A DNA stretch of 64,000 nt from IMG/VR virus record IMGVR_UViG_3300042451_000960; one strand, given 5' to 3'. This document shows, one piece after another, positions 9,776 through 18,660 of this stretch; position 1 is the stretch's first letter, and the number at the start of each line of letters is the position of its first letter. The notes below the pieces were generated by a model. The model had not been told where the DNA came from. It ran no database searches and saw only the letters and a list, made by a program, of their open reading frames with translations. This stretch comes from a virus. Lineage: Duplodnaviria > Caudoviricetes. A program made the position numbers and the translations under genes.

Positions 9776-10942
9776 TTATCCTATATAGATTGGAAGTGGA
9801 ACTTTTCGTAACATTTCTTGATGAGCATTCGTTTCGGTATTTCGATTTTCAAACTGCTTTGTTCTACTTAATTCTTCTAGTGTTTCTCTAAGCTGAGTCA
9901 TTAAGGATTCTTTTTCAGTTTGTGCTTCAGCTCTCAATGCAGCTCCATCCAAACTAACTTCGGAACCAGGTATAGGAATATTAGAGTATTTTTCTCTAAC
10001 AGCTCCTAGCAATTCTTTTACCAATGCTAAACAATATTTTCTAATCCATTGTTTACCCACATCATTAATACCACCATATTCCATAAAATCATAAGGTATA
10101 TCAGAATAATCAGAAATTACGTTTGGAGTAATGTTAGTTGAATTAGCTACAAATTCATCTCTTACAAAATAATCAAAATATAATTTTCCATAAAGATTTA
10201 CATGTTGCGAGGTTGGTCTTGGAAATACTCTAATTTTACCATTAACAATATTAAATGTAAATGCCGATTTTCTGAATTGGTCATTAAATTCAATAGCTTG
10301 TATTCTTAACATATCTTCAAATATCGGCATCAATATAAATTGTGCTGCCGGTGAATATGAACCAAATCCAAATTCATCAATCAAATTTAAAGTACCTTGT
10401 CCACTTACCGAATAAGGGTCAAAGAATCTATTAATTGCTGGTACTGGTTCGTGAAATACTTTTACAATTTCTATACGTTTTCCACTTTCAGAAACCGCTG
10501 CCCACAATGTATCTAAATCATATTCTTGTTGACCAGGAACTAATTCAACAAATCCTTTCTTAATATCAGTATTACCACCAACTCCGGCTAATGTACCATA
10601 CGCATCGGAAATACCTATTAGTGTTGGTAAATTTGAACCTTGTACTAATTTACTTGATAAATTTGTAGATTTAGATTTTCCTCTAAGAGTATCTAAATTA
10701 TTACGAATGTTAAATTGATTTACTTGTGCTCCGTATTCAGATACCGATTCTTCAAGACACGCATAAAAATTTTCATCAATTAATTCTATGTTTTGAATAG
10801 GATAACCCAATCTTCTAGCGCACCAAAGTGCCACTTTTGGGGCTTCCTCTTGAAACTCATAATCGTTATCATATATTCCAAAGGGGGTTTGCCCTGGGAA
10901 AAACGAAGATGAACCAGGATATATTAATGTTTCTAATGCCAT
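9776..10942 (-). CDS. gp13: Neck protein gp13-like (head-tail adaptor)
   Basis: RRLGYPIQNIELIDENFYACLEE N-terminal motif; WIRKYCLALVKELLG..R.KY and LDGAALRAEA C-terminal motifs. Confidence 0.8.
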   Translation of the reverse strand: MALETLIYPGSSSFFPGQTPFGIYDNDYEFQEEAPKVALWCARRLGYPIQNIELIDENFYACLEESVSEYGAQVNQFNIRNNLDTLRGKSKSTNLSSKLVQGSNLPTLIGISDAYGTLAGVGGNTDIKKGFVELVPGQQEYDLDTLWAAVSESGKRIEIVKVFHEPVPAINRFFDPYSVSGQGTLNLIDEFGFGSYSPAAQFILMPIFEDMLRIQAIEFNDQFRKSAFTFNIVNGKIRVFPRPTSQHVNLYGKLYFDYFVRDEFVANSTNITPNVISDYSDIPYDFMEYGGINDVGKQWIRKYCLALVKELLGAVREKYSNIPIPGSEVSLDGAALRAEAQTEKESLMTQLRETLEELSRTKQFENRNTETNAHQEMLRKVPLPIYIG

Positions 10943-10968
10943 TATAAGTACTTATTTTAAACGTTACC

Positions 10969-10977
10969 TATAAATAT
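10969..10977 (-). promoter_or_regulatory. Late-promoter-like motif ATATTTATA
   Basis: 27 nt upstream of gp13 ATG; one of 16 intergenic copies. Confidence 0.6.
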
Positions 10978-11009
10978 TAGAAATAGTAAGATTAGTAATT
11001 TAATGAGGA

Positions 11010-11405
11010 TTAATTATCCAATTGTGTCCACTGTCCACCATTCCATCCGTAGAAATGAAAATCGGTAGTATTAAAATAAAGTGCTCCAGACGTTGGTGAA
11101 GTTGGTGCAGTTGAGTGATTTGGTAATACTACAATTGAGTTACTACCACTAATATTTAACGAACCTGTTATAGTTTGATTTCCATTAAATTGATTTGAAC
11201 CAGTTGTTGTAAACGAAGAACTATCTATTGAAAACCCAGAAGTACCAGATGTTCCATCTCTACCACTAACTCCCGCTTGTGATATTGTTAATTGTGGTTG
11301 AGAAATTTGGACATTAATATTAGTTATAGCATTTTCTACCGCTACATTAGTCTTTGGGACTTCAACTTGGACAGTTGTTATATCTTTTTTTATTTCTACG
11401 GACAT
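11010..11405 (-). CDS. Short fibre/whisker-like protein
   Basis: GVSGRDGTSGTSG collagen-like stretch; C-terminal GALYFNTT...YGWNGGQW typical of phage fibre tips. Confidence 0.55.
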   Translation of the reverse strand: MSVEIKKDITTVQVEVPKTNVAVENAITNINVQISQPQLTISQAGVSGRDGTSGTSGFSIDSSSFTTTGSNQFNGNQTITGSLNISGSNSIVVLPNHSTAPTSPTSGALYFNTTDFHFYGWNGGQWTQLDN

Positions 11406-11408
11406 TTC

Positions 11409-11786
11409 TTACTTAGTTACGTTTTTAGATAACTTAACTTTACCTTCTAATAATCTCGTAACTTCATTTCCTTTTACCATTTCCAAATCGTAAAGTGCTT
11501 CACCAAAATCTAAAAGCGATGAAGATACTGCAGATATATACACTGCTATTGAACCAGAAGATAATGGTGTTGTTCCATTAGAGCCACTTAAATTAATACC
11601 AGTACCATCCGCTTTTAGGGATGATGATAATGAAATTAGCGGTGCTGAATTATAATCAGTTCTTAACTGCATTCTTGCATTGTAGCCCGATAGATTAACT
11701 GCCGAGCCACTTTCATCTGCCCAATTTATTTGAAAATTAGTAGTTGCACCTTGTTCTATAATAAAAGAATATTTACCTGCTGCCAT
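11409..11786 (-). CDS. Ig-like structural protein
   Basis: FIIEQGAT...YDLEM...VTRLLEGKV..S.NVT pattern common in large myophage structural genes. Confidence 0.55.
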   Translation of the reverse strand: MAAGKYSFIIEQGATTNFQINWADESGSAVNLSGYNARMQLRTDYNSAPLISLSSSLKADGTGINLSGSNGTTPLSSGSIAVYISAVSSSLLDFGEALYDLEMVKGNEVTRLLEGKVKLSKNVTK

Positions 11787-11806
11787 ATATTTAGTGTGTT
11801 TACCAC

Positions 11807-11815
11807 TATAAATAT
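11807..11815 (-). promoter_or_regulatory. Late-promoter-like motif ATATTTATA
   Basis: 21 nt upstream of ATG 11786. Confidence 0.6.
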
Positions 11816-11840
11816 AATGAATGGTGAAAGGGATAAAAAT

Positions 11841-11865
11841 AAAAAAAGGAGATAATTCTCCCTTT
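11841..11865 (-). terminator. Rho-independent terminator
   Basis: Minus strand GGAGA-ATTA-TCTCC followed by T7, right after gene 11875..12105. Confidence 0.65.
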
Positions 11866-11874
11866 AATCATTTT

Positions 11875-12105
11875 TTAGTTTCTAGCATTTCTATTTAGAG
11901 AACCGCTTGGATATGCTAATTCGTATGCTTTATTTGAAGATGAACCAGCATTCATAGCGCTCATATAAATTGCTTTAGATGCTGATGCTTGAAATGCTTG
12001 TTGTATAGTTGGTGCTGTTACCAATGATGATGTAACTTTACCAAAAATCATTGCTTTTATTTCAATTTCTGATATTGTACCATCATTATTATAAAATAAT
12101 GCCAT
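11875..12105 (-). CDS. Hypothetical protein (possible capsid accessory)
   Basis: 76-aa ORF in capsid-distal cluster, followed by terminator. Confidence 0.6.
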   Translation of the reverse strand: MALFYNNDGTISEIEIKAMIFGKVTSSLVTAPTIQQAFQASASKAIYMSAMNAGSSSNKAYELAYPSGSLNRNARN

Positions 12106-12124
12106 ATCTTAATTCATTTAATAA

Positions 12125-12445
12125 TTAAACTAATCTTACTTTAATAGTTCCGCTTGTATGATATAAACCACCAACAGGTACACCAGCACTTGCAGCTGCT
12201 CCATCATTTGCACAACTTCCTGTTATTGATGCAAATGGTGATAATGCATTTAATTTTGCGTTTGTAGTATTTTTATCTTCATCAGTAGCAAATGTTGCAT
12301 CTACAACTGTATTTAAATTTGTATCTCCTGCAATCATTACAGGTTTTGAACCAGGATTTCTTCCAAATGGATTTGATGCTCCGTATTTGTCAATGTAAGC
12401 TTGTTGTTGAGCTGTGTAAGTTGGTGTCCCCTTTACTTGTCCCAT
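12125..12445 (-). CDS. Hypothetical, possible capsid decoration protein
   Basis: 106 aa immediately after MCP with own late-like motif; C-terminal NDGAAASAGVPVGGLY...IKVRL motif seen in phage structural proteins. Confidence 0.55.
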   Translation of the reverse strand: MGQVKGTPTYTAQQQAYIDKYGASNPFGRNPGSKPVMIAGDTNLNTVVDATFATDEDKNTTNAKLNALSPFASITGSCANDGAAASAGVPVGGLYHTSGTIKVRLV

Positions 12446-12485
12446 TTTAATTTTATTTTTATAATTTAAAATGTAACAATTCTCT

Positions 12486-12494
12486 TATAAATAT
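12486..12494 (-). promoter_or_regulatory. Late-promoter-like motif ATATTTATA
   Basis: Just downstream of MCP terminator, 41 nt upstream of ATG 12445. Confidence 0.6.
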
Positions 12495-12502
12495 TATCAA
12501 AT

Positions 12503-12533
12503 AAAAAAGGGAGTGATTTCTCACCCCCTTTTT
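12503..12533 (-). terminator. Rho-independent terminator after major capsid gene
   Basis: Minus strand AAAAAGGGGGTGA-GAAA-TCACTCCCTTTTTT: GC stem, GNRA loop, U-tract. Confidence 0.85.
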
Positions 12534-12566
12534 ATTATTGAATCATTACGTTAGATTCGATAAAGA

Positions 12567-14252
12567 TTAGATATTAGCTAAATCTTTAATCAAGATCTTA
12601 CCATAGAATTCTGGTCTTACCATCTTCTTAGCGTAACGAGTCATAACTCCTCTACGTGGAGTGAAGTTTTGTGGGTCGTACACTAATGGAGTCATAATCA
12701 ATGGTACATATGGAGCGTAAACAGCACCAGTCTCAAGGAAGTTATTTCCTCTGAAGCCCATTAAGATTTCGTTAGAAGTCATATATGGGTTTTTGTACAC
12801 AGTGAATCTGTTACTCATAGAACCTACTGCAGTTACACCAGCTGCAAATTGCATTGCATCTTTATCAGCGTTAACTGTGAATCCAGGAATTGATTCTAAG
12901 ATAGTACATACATCAGGAGATGCTACTACAAAGTTAGCACCACCACGAAGTGTTAATTGATGAATTTTGTTAGAAACTTTGTTCAACTTAACACCTAAAG
13001 TCTGATACCAAGAATTCTTAGTATAGTAAGTGTTTGCACCAGAAGGTACTGAAGAACCCCATGCAGCTTGTCCAGTTGCACCGTTGTTCAAATATTCTTC
13101 ACCAATTGTTGCTGACCAGTACTCAGTTGTTAAAGCGTTTGATTTTAACATATCTAAGATTTCTAAATCAATCTCTAAAGAGATATAATCAGATAACATA
13201 GAAGTTAATTCAGCTTCAGCATCTATTGAGTGGTAAGCGTTAAGGTCTTGTGCTAACTCTGGAGTCCACACAGCCTTTAATTTACGAGTTTTAGCAACGA
13301 TTGCTTCACTCTTTAATTCTAAGTCAATTTCAGGAATATCCAATGCAGTAGTTGTGTTACCAGCGCTATTTGCAGTTGCATCTTCGAAATCACCTCTATC
13401 GTAAGCAACTGGTTGCTCAGAATATCTTACAGTTACTGTTTCACCAGCAGTTGTAAAGAAATCTGTAGCTGCAGATGCAGATACGAATAAAGTTACGTTA
13501 TCACCAGATACAAAGTTGAACTGATGAACGTTAGAGTAAACAGCTGCGTTTCCAGCAACAACAAAAGAACGTACTGCTTCTAAATCTGCAGTTGAAGAAA
13601 TACTAGCTTTGTTAGTGGTTAATTTAATAATTTGTCCAGCTGCTGCAGATGCAGAAAGTGCTGCATCAAACCCAAGATCAGCCCATGTTGCAGATGCTGA
13701 TGTAAATCCAGCATTAACAGATGTAGCAGTTAATCTACCAGTGATTGCAGAAGATACTGCATCGTTTACAGAATATCCATAACGAGCTTCACCATAAAGA
13801 CCGTTTTGAGCTGCGTTAGTTCTACCAAAGTTAGCTGCAGAACCAGTAGCGTTAGTACCACCAAAAAGTGATTTACCACCGAATTGTGCTTCAGAACCTT
13901 GTGCAGAACCATATTTGAAGTCTAAGAAGAATACAAGACCAGAAGGAAGGTTCATTGGTTGAACACTAACGAATTCTTTCGCAGCGATTTCACCAAAGAT
14001 TCTTCTTACTAATGGTAATGCAACACCAGACCATTCTTCAGAACCTGCTGAAGTACCAGTTTGAGTAGCCTCGTCAAGCAATTGCTTAGCTTGGTTCTCT
14101 AACAACACTGCCATAGAGTGTTGCTCTCTTTCTTTTAAACCTTCAAGAAGACCAGTTTTTTCCCATTTGTTTCTCAATTGACGAGTTTCAGCAAGCATTA
14201 CTGCTTGTGGGTTTTTGCCTTCCATAAGTTTTCCTAAATCAAAATTTGCCAT
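12567..14252 (-). CDS. gp23: Major capsid protein, T4 gp23-like
   Basis: LPLVRRIFGEIAAKEFVSVQPMNLPSGLVF; KTRKLKAVWTPELAQDLNAYHSIDAEAEL; GAVYAPYVPL...DPQNFTPRRGVMTRY. Confidence 0.97.
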   Translation of the reverse strand: MANFDLGKLMEGKNPQAVMLAETRQLRNKWEKTGLLEGLKEREQHSMAVLLENQAKQLLDEATQTGTSAGSEEWSGVALPLVRRIFGEIAAKEFVSVQPMNLPSGLVFFLDFKYGSAQGSEAQFGGKSLFGGTNATGSAANFGRTNAAQNGLYGEARYGYSVNDAVSSAITGRLTATSVNAGFTSASATWADLGFDAALSASAAAGQIIKLTTNKASISSTADLEAVRSFVVAGNAAVYSNVHQFNFVSGDNVTLFVSASAATDFFTTAGETVTVRYSEQPVAYDRGDFEDATANSAGNTTTALDIPEIDLELKSEAIVAKTRKLKAVWTPELAQDLNAYHSIDAEAELTSMLSDYISLEIDLEILDMLKSNALTTEYWSATIGEEYLNNGATGQAAWGSSVPSGANTYYTKNSWYQTLGVKLNKVSNKIHQLTLRGGANFVVASPDVCTILESIPGFTVNADKDAMQFAAGVTAVGSMSNRFTVYKNPYMTSNEILMGFRGNNFLETGAVYAPYVPLIMTPLVYDPQNFTPRRGVMTRYAKKMVRPEFYGKILIKDLANI

Positions 14253-14276
14253 TTTATTTTATTTTTTTATGGATTG

Positions 14277-15431
14277 TTATTTTACGATACCAGCTAATTG
14301 CTTAAAGCGGTTAGCTAATTCGTTTGAGCTTTCAGCGATGATTTCTTTTGCTGGAGCTGTTGTAGCTTGTGGCTTAGAAGCAAACCCTTCGGTCATTGTC
14401 TTCTTAGCTGCTACTTTTCTTTCAGTACCAGTAAACTTCATGCTTTCTGCTAAAGTTGCGTAAACCAATTTAACTTCTCTTACAGAAGAAGTTCTGTCCA
14501 AATTCTCAACAACTTTAACTTTTTGTTCGTTAGTTAAATTGTAAGAACGGAACAATTTGTTTGCGTAAAGTAATTTTGCATTTAACAAATTTACTTCGTT
14601 GATAGTGCCTTTCAAAGATTTGATAGTAGAATAAGCTTCTTTTAATTCTTCAGCCATTTTCTCTTTTTCTTCGTCATGAGCTGGTTCTTCAGCTTCTTTA
14701 ACTTCTTCTTCGTCATCACCATATCCCATTTCACGTAAGATTTCATCTAAGTCGATTTCCTCATCATCGTGAGCTGGTTCTTCAGTTGGAACTTCTTCAG
14801 CTTCAACTGCAGGTTCAGCTACTGGTTCAGCTGCTACTGGTTCTTCAACCGGTGCTTCTTCACCTTCTGCTGCTACTGGCTCATCTTCATGTGCCATTTC
14901 TTCTTCGCCTTCTTCAGCGATTTGTGCTTCTAGTTCTTTGATGATAGCTTCAAGATCCAATTCATCTTCATCAGAATCATCAGACATGTCATCCATATCC
15001 ATTTCATCTTCTTCTTTTATTGGTTCTTCTTCTTTTTCATCTTCACCTTCAGCTTCTTTCATGTCAGCTTTTTCTTCGTCATCAGACTCTTCTTCGTTAA
15101 GGCCTTTTACCTTATCGTAGTCTTCAACTTCAGAGCCAACTTCACCTGATTGCTTAGCGATTCCACTAAGGTCGGTGTCAGCATCGTTAGCTTTTGCTGC
15201 TGGTTGTTTGTTATCACCACCACCAATTTCGCTAGATACATCATTATTCTCTTCAACTTTATCTTCCACTTCTTCTTCATCAGCCATTTCTGCCTGAAGT
15301 TTCTTAGAAAGGATAGATTGTAATCTTGGAGTAAATGCTTCTTCTAGAGCGATTTTAGCATTAGCAATAGCAGTTTCACGCACAGCTTTAGCATCAGCGA
15401 TAGCTTCTTTCAAAAGTTTTGAACTTGCCAT
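14277..15431 (-). CDS. Prohead scaffold/core protein (gp22 position)
   Basis: Very acidic central region, coiled-coil C-terminus (EVNLLNAKLLY), directly upstream of MCP. Confidence 0.75.
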   Translation of the reverse strand: MASSKLLKEAIADAKAVRETAIANAKIALEEAFTPRLQSILSKKLQAEMADEEEVEDKVEENNDVSSEIGGGDNKQPAAKANDADTDLSGIAKQSGEVGSEVEDYDKVKGLNEEESDDEEKADMKEAEGEDEKEEEPIKEEDEMDMDDMSDDSDEDELDLEAIIKELEAQIAEEGEEEMAHEDEPVAAEGEEAPVEEPVAAEPVAEPAVEAEEVPTEEPAHDDEEIDLDEILREMGYGDDEEEVKEAEEPAHDEEKEKMAEELKEAYSTIKSLKGTINEVNLLNAKLLYANKLFRSYNLTNEQKVKVVENLDRTSSVREVKLVYATLAESMKFTGTERKVAAKKTMTEGFASKPQATTAPAKEIIAESSNELANRFKQLAGIVK

Positions 15432-15436
15432 TATTT

Positions 15437-15566
15437 TCCTTATTATTAGGATTTCTTAAGCTATTAGAATTGAAGCTTAAATAGAATTGTTTGATTGGCG
15501 TTTTGGTCACTACTCATAAAACGAGAGTATTCATTTACCAATAAAAAACGCATATAGAAATGCGTT
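15437..15566 (-). promoter_or_regulatory. Structured 5' leader of scaffold-MCP operon (three hairpins plus AAGGA)
   Basis: AACGCAT/ATGCGTT stem with U-tract (15543-15566), TACTC/GAGTA (15511-15529), TTAAGCT/AGCTTAA (15456-15480), AAGGA at 15441-15437. Confidence 0.5.
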
Positions 15567-15574
15567 ATTGTAAG

Positions 15575-15583
15575 AATAAATAT
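15575..15583 (-). promoter_or_regulatory. Late-promoter-like motif ATATTTATT
   Basis: 144 nt upstream of scaffold ATG. Confidence 0.55.
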
Positions 15584-15628
15584 ATAAAATTTAATGAAAA
15601 CGTAATTTTCTAAAGAAATTTTTAGAAA

Positions 15629-16468
15629 TTATTTACAACCACAGCCTTCTTCTAATTCAGCATCAGCGTAAATGTTACTAACTACATAGTCCATTTCTGA
15701 TTCTAATTTTTCTTTTGCTGCGTTAAGTTTTTTAAGATTAACAACGTATTGTTTTGCTTTTGGTGTACCTTTTACTGATTTGTATTTTTCTAATTCAGAT
15801 GCAATTGCTGCAATTACTTTTGTAAAATCTTTTTGTATAGCTCCTACACTTCTTGCTTCGCTCATTACCGATTCGGGTACACAATTTGGAACTTCTTTAC
15901 CATTTTTGTTTTTCATTCCAACTTGCTTATATCCTTTCCAACAAGGTGATGCTTCATTTACTTCTCTTATTTTATCACCCACCATTCTACCTTTCCAAAA
16001 ATTAAGAATACCCATATTAACCGCAATACCTTTTTTAATTGCTTCTCTTTGTTTTGAATCTTTTGTTACATTCAATCTAGCCATTAAATCTTTAATGGTT
16101 TTTTCCATATTTTTAACTAAATCCATATCACTTGCTTCAGTTACTACACTTTCATTTGAATCACCATATTCGTGGTAATTAGAAGCAGCTTGAGAAATAT
16201 AGTTTTCAGAATTAGTGATGTGGTCTTGAATCCAAGCAGGAATTTGCTTTTCTTCTTCACCCATTTTTTGTTTTAATTCAGTTGCATGTTTGATAATAGA
16301 ACCTAACTGATTTTGTGCCATAGAAACTTCGTGGTCTTCTGATTCTTCCCCTTCATTTACAGGTTTAAATGCAGATGCAAATGGATTAGAATAAACCTTT
16401 CCATATTCAAATTTCTTACCACCCATAGTGAAAGAACCATTTCCAGCTAAATCAGTTAAACGAATCAT
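15629..16468 (-). CDS. Modular hypothetical head (internal) protein
   Basis: MIRLTDL N-terminus; modules incl. PCWKGYKQVGMK.KNGKEVPNCVPE and AWIQDHIT, separated by VNEG/VTEA/VNEA/MSEA/LEEG. Confidence 0.6.
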   Translation of the reverse strand: MIRLTDLAGNGSFTMGGKKFEYGKVYSNPFASAFKPVNEGEESEDHEVSMAQNQLGSIIKHATELKQKMGEEEKQIPAWIQDHITNSENYISQAASNYHEYGDSNESVVTEASDMDLVKNMEKTIKDLMARLNVTKDSKQREAIKKGIAVNMGILNFWKGRMVGDKIREVNEASPCWKGYKQVGMKNKNGKEVPNCVPESVMSEARSVGAIQKDFTKVIAAIASELEKYKSVKGTPKAKQYVVNLKKLNAAKEKLESEMDYVVSNIYADAELEEGCGCK

Positions 16469-16470
16469 TC

Positions 16471-17028
16471 TTATTTCTTTTTCATTGCAAGTCTTTCTCT
16501 CATTACATCAGTTGGGATGTCAGAGATTTCATAGTAACGATTTAGGATGTGACCCATATCTTCATATAAAGCATGTAATCTTTCATCCATTGCTTTTGCT
16601 TCTACTGAGAATTTATCAAATTGCTTACCCAATTTATCCAACTCACTCATATTTCTTTTTACAGTTTGAGCATCGAACCAATCGTTAGCTTCTCTTAATG
16701 ATAATTCTTTTGCAGCCTCTACAATAGCACCCAATGTTTCAGAAACTTCAGTCATATCTGAGTTACGTTTCATTTGGTCTTGGAAAGTATTGTAAGTAGA
16801 GATAATTTCTAAGAAGTGCTTTTTTACTTCTAAAGAAAGTTTTCTATCAGGTGATTCCAAATTCTCTTTAATAGAAAATTTACCATCCTTAATCTTTACT
16901 TCAGTTAAAGCAGTTTTACGAATATCGTTGTATCCTTTAGCTACTTTAGTTACGTGCTTTGGTTCTTCAACTTTCAATTTGAATTTGTTGTTGTGAACGT
17001 AGCTGTATATATCAAAATTCTTGCTCAT
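16471..17028 (-). CDS. Hypothetical head-cluster protein
   Basis: 185-aa ORF, helical C-terminus, between protease and scaffold. Confidence 0.65.
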   Translation of the reverse strand: MSKNFDIYSYVHNNKFKLKVEEPKHVTKVAKGYNDIRKTALTEVKIKDGKFSIKENLESPDRKLSLEVKKHFLEIISTYNTFQDQMKRNSDMTEVSETLGAIVEAAKELSLREANDWFDAQTVKRNMSELDKLGKQFDKFSVEAKAMDERLHALYEDMGHILNRYYEISDIPTDVMRERLAMKKK

Positions 17029-17029
17029 T

Positions 17030-17623
17030 TTATGCTATTTCAGTTATTATTTCTCTCATTAAATCCTGTGCCTTGCAGTATTCACCACACACATCAGTAC
17101 CAATTTGTTTTAGTGGATTTACGGACTCATTCATTGGGACCATAAATGCACCATGTGTAGATGGATTGGATACAAAATCCCAACCAATCAATTCAAAATC
17201 TTCTTGTACTTCTACTTTGTTTCCACTCATAGGTCTAGTTGAACCCATTCCTCTTGATGAAATACCCAATAGAATACCAGCTTTTAGTAACTCTTTAAGA
17301 ATGTTACCGGATGGTGTTGATAGAATCTCAACCGTTCCACATAAGTCATCACCTTCCCACCAAATTTCTTTGATATTGTGAGAAACATTTTTTAAATTGA
17401 TAACAGTTGAATCTGGATGGTCTAATTCACCTAAAGCTCTACGCTCTTTAATAAATGTTAAATATTTCTTAGCTTCTCTTTCTAAGATTGGTTTCGGATA
17501 TATTCTGCCATTTTGATTTTCCGCACCAGCTCTTTGTAAGACACCTTTTACTAAGGTTCTACCCCCCTCATCTTCTTTTACTTTACCTTCAAATAAATGT
17601 GTTTCTATTAAAAGTGCTTTCAT
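17030..17623 (-). CDS. gp21: Prohead protease, T4 gp21-like (peptidase S77)
   Basis: NQNGRIYP, ALGELDHP (His), LGISSRGMGS (Ser), DFVSNPST. Start re-called at ATG 17623 (MKALLIE), just after upstream TAA; ORF-track start 17695 lies inside the upstream gene. Confidence 0.92.
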   Translation of the reverse strand: MKALLIETHLFEGKVKEDEGGRTLVKGVLQRAGAENQNGRIYPKPILEREAKKYLTFIKERRALGELDHPDSTVINLKNVSHNIKEIWWEGDDLCGTVEILSTPSGNILKELLKAGILLGISSRGMGSTRPMSGNKVEVQEDFELIGWDFVSNPSTHGAFMVPMNESVNPLKQIGTDVCGEYCKAQDLMREIITEIA

Positions 17624-17624
17624 A

Positions 17625-17993
17625 TTACTTTTTTTCTCCTTTTGAATTCCAAGCTGTATCAATTTTGTTGAAGAATGCTTTTTTCTCATCATCACTCATT
17701 GAGGTGATAGATTTGCCAGCTTTTTCTAATGCTTTTTTAAAGAAAGCTTGATATTCAGATTCTTCCTTTAAAACTTCTTTAACTATTTCTTTTAATCTAC
17801 TTTTTGAGATTTTCATATTTTCTTTTTTATTAGGTAATCCTTTATGTGATGTTGAAGCAAAATCTTTAGCAGATTTTTTACTCATTGAGTCTGCTGCTTT
17901 TTCAACTTCTTTAGATGGTGCTTCCATGTCTCCTTTTTGTACTGCATGTACCATACCCATAAATCGTTGTTGTGCTTTAGATTGTGCTGGCAT
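17625..17993 (-). CDS. DUF3008-like small basic head protein
   Basis: N-terminal MPAQSKAQQRFMGMVHA...KDFASTSHKGLP.K motif. Confidence 0.55.
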   Translation of the reverse strand: MPAQSKAQQRFMGMVHAVQKGDMEAPSKEVEKAADSMSKKSAKDFASTSHKGLPNKKENMKISKSRLKEIVKEVLKEESEYQAFFKKALEKAGKSITSMSDDEKKAFFNKIDTAWNSKGEKK

Positions 17994-17994
17994 A

Positions 17995-18660
17995 TTATAA
18001 AGTTCTTAATTTTTCAGTTATTCCCATTAACCTTTCTCTGATTTTATAAAGAGATGCGTTTGTTCTTTTCCAGTAATCTTCTTTCTTAAGTCCATTTTCA
18101 GTCTTAATTTTAGAATACCAATTAACAAACTTCTCTATTTCAGAAAGTTGTTTGTGTATATTAGAAACACCTCTACCAACTTTTGATTTTGGTGAAGATT
18201 CTTCTCTTTTTAATTCTAACCATCTATTTTCCGCAACAATCATACCGCTAATATCTGCAACTTTAGCTTTATCAACTTCTTTTGCAGCTGTTGGTTTCAT
18301 TGGAAGTGCTTCATCTTTACTAGCCGGCACATCACCTAATGCCCAATCTTTTTCACCTTCACCAACAATAGTAGCTCCGGATAATTTAGCTAATTTTGCG
18401 TTTTTACCAGCAACTTCAGATGGTTTTGAAAATGGTGCACCAGCACTACTTGTCAAACCTTCTTCCAAATCATCAACAACAGTACCACCTGCAATTGCAG
18501 CTAATCTTTTATTTTTCTTTGCAGTTTGACCAGGCTTTGAAAATGCCGCTGGGGTATTATATCCAGCCACATTACCTGTTACTGACATTTCATCCAAAGT
18601 TTTTTGAATGTTTCTTTCTCTAACGTATTTACGAATAGCCTCTTTTAATCTTGCTTCCAT
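17995..18660 (-). CDS. Hypothetical head-cluster protein with internal duplication
   Basis: Two copies of FSKP...A.KN..LA...G.T.V...EG. Confidence 0.65.
   Translation of the reverse strand: MEARLKEAIRKYVRERNIQKTLDEMSVTGNVAGYNTPAAFSKPGQTAKKNKRLAAIAGGTVVDDLEEGLTSSAGAPFSKPSEVAGKNAKLAKLSGATIVGEGEKDWALGDVPASKDEALPMKPTAAKEVDKAKVADISGMIVAENRWLELKREESSPKSKVGRGVSNIHKQLSEIEKFVNWYSKIKTENGLKKEDYWKRTNASLYKIRERLMGITEKLRTL

Noticed and set aside
14690-15060. Short imperfect repeats (EEPVAAEP, EEPAHD) in the scaffold gene
   Set aside because: Low-complexity acidic coding sequence typical of scaffolds, not a separate DNA repeat element.
17624-17695. ORF-track start of the protease at 17695
   Set aside because: Lies inside the upstream gene; ATG 17623 follows the upstream stop and gives a typical protease N-terminus.
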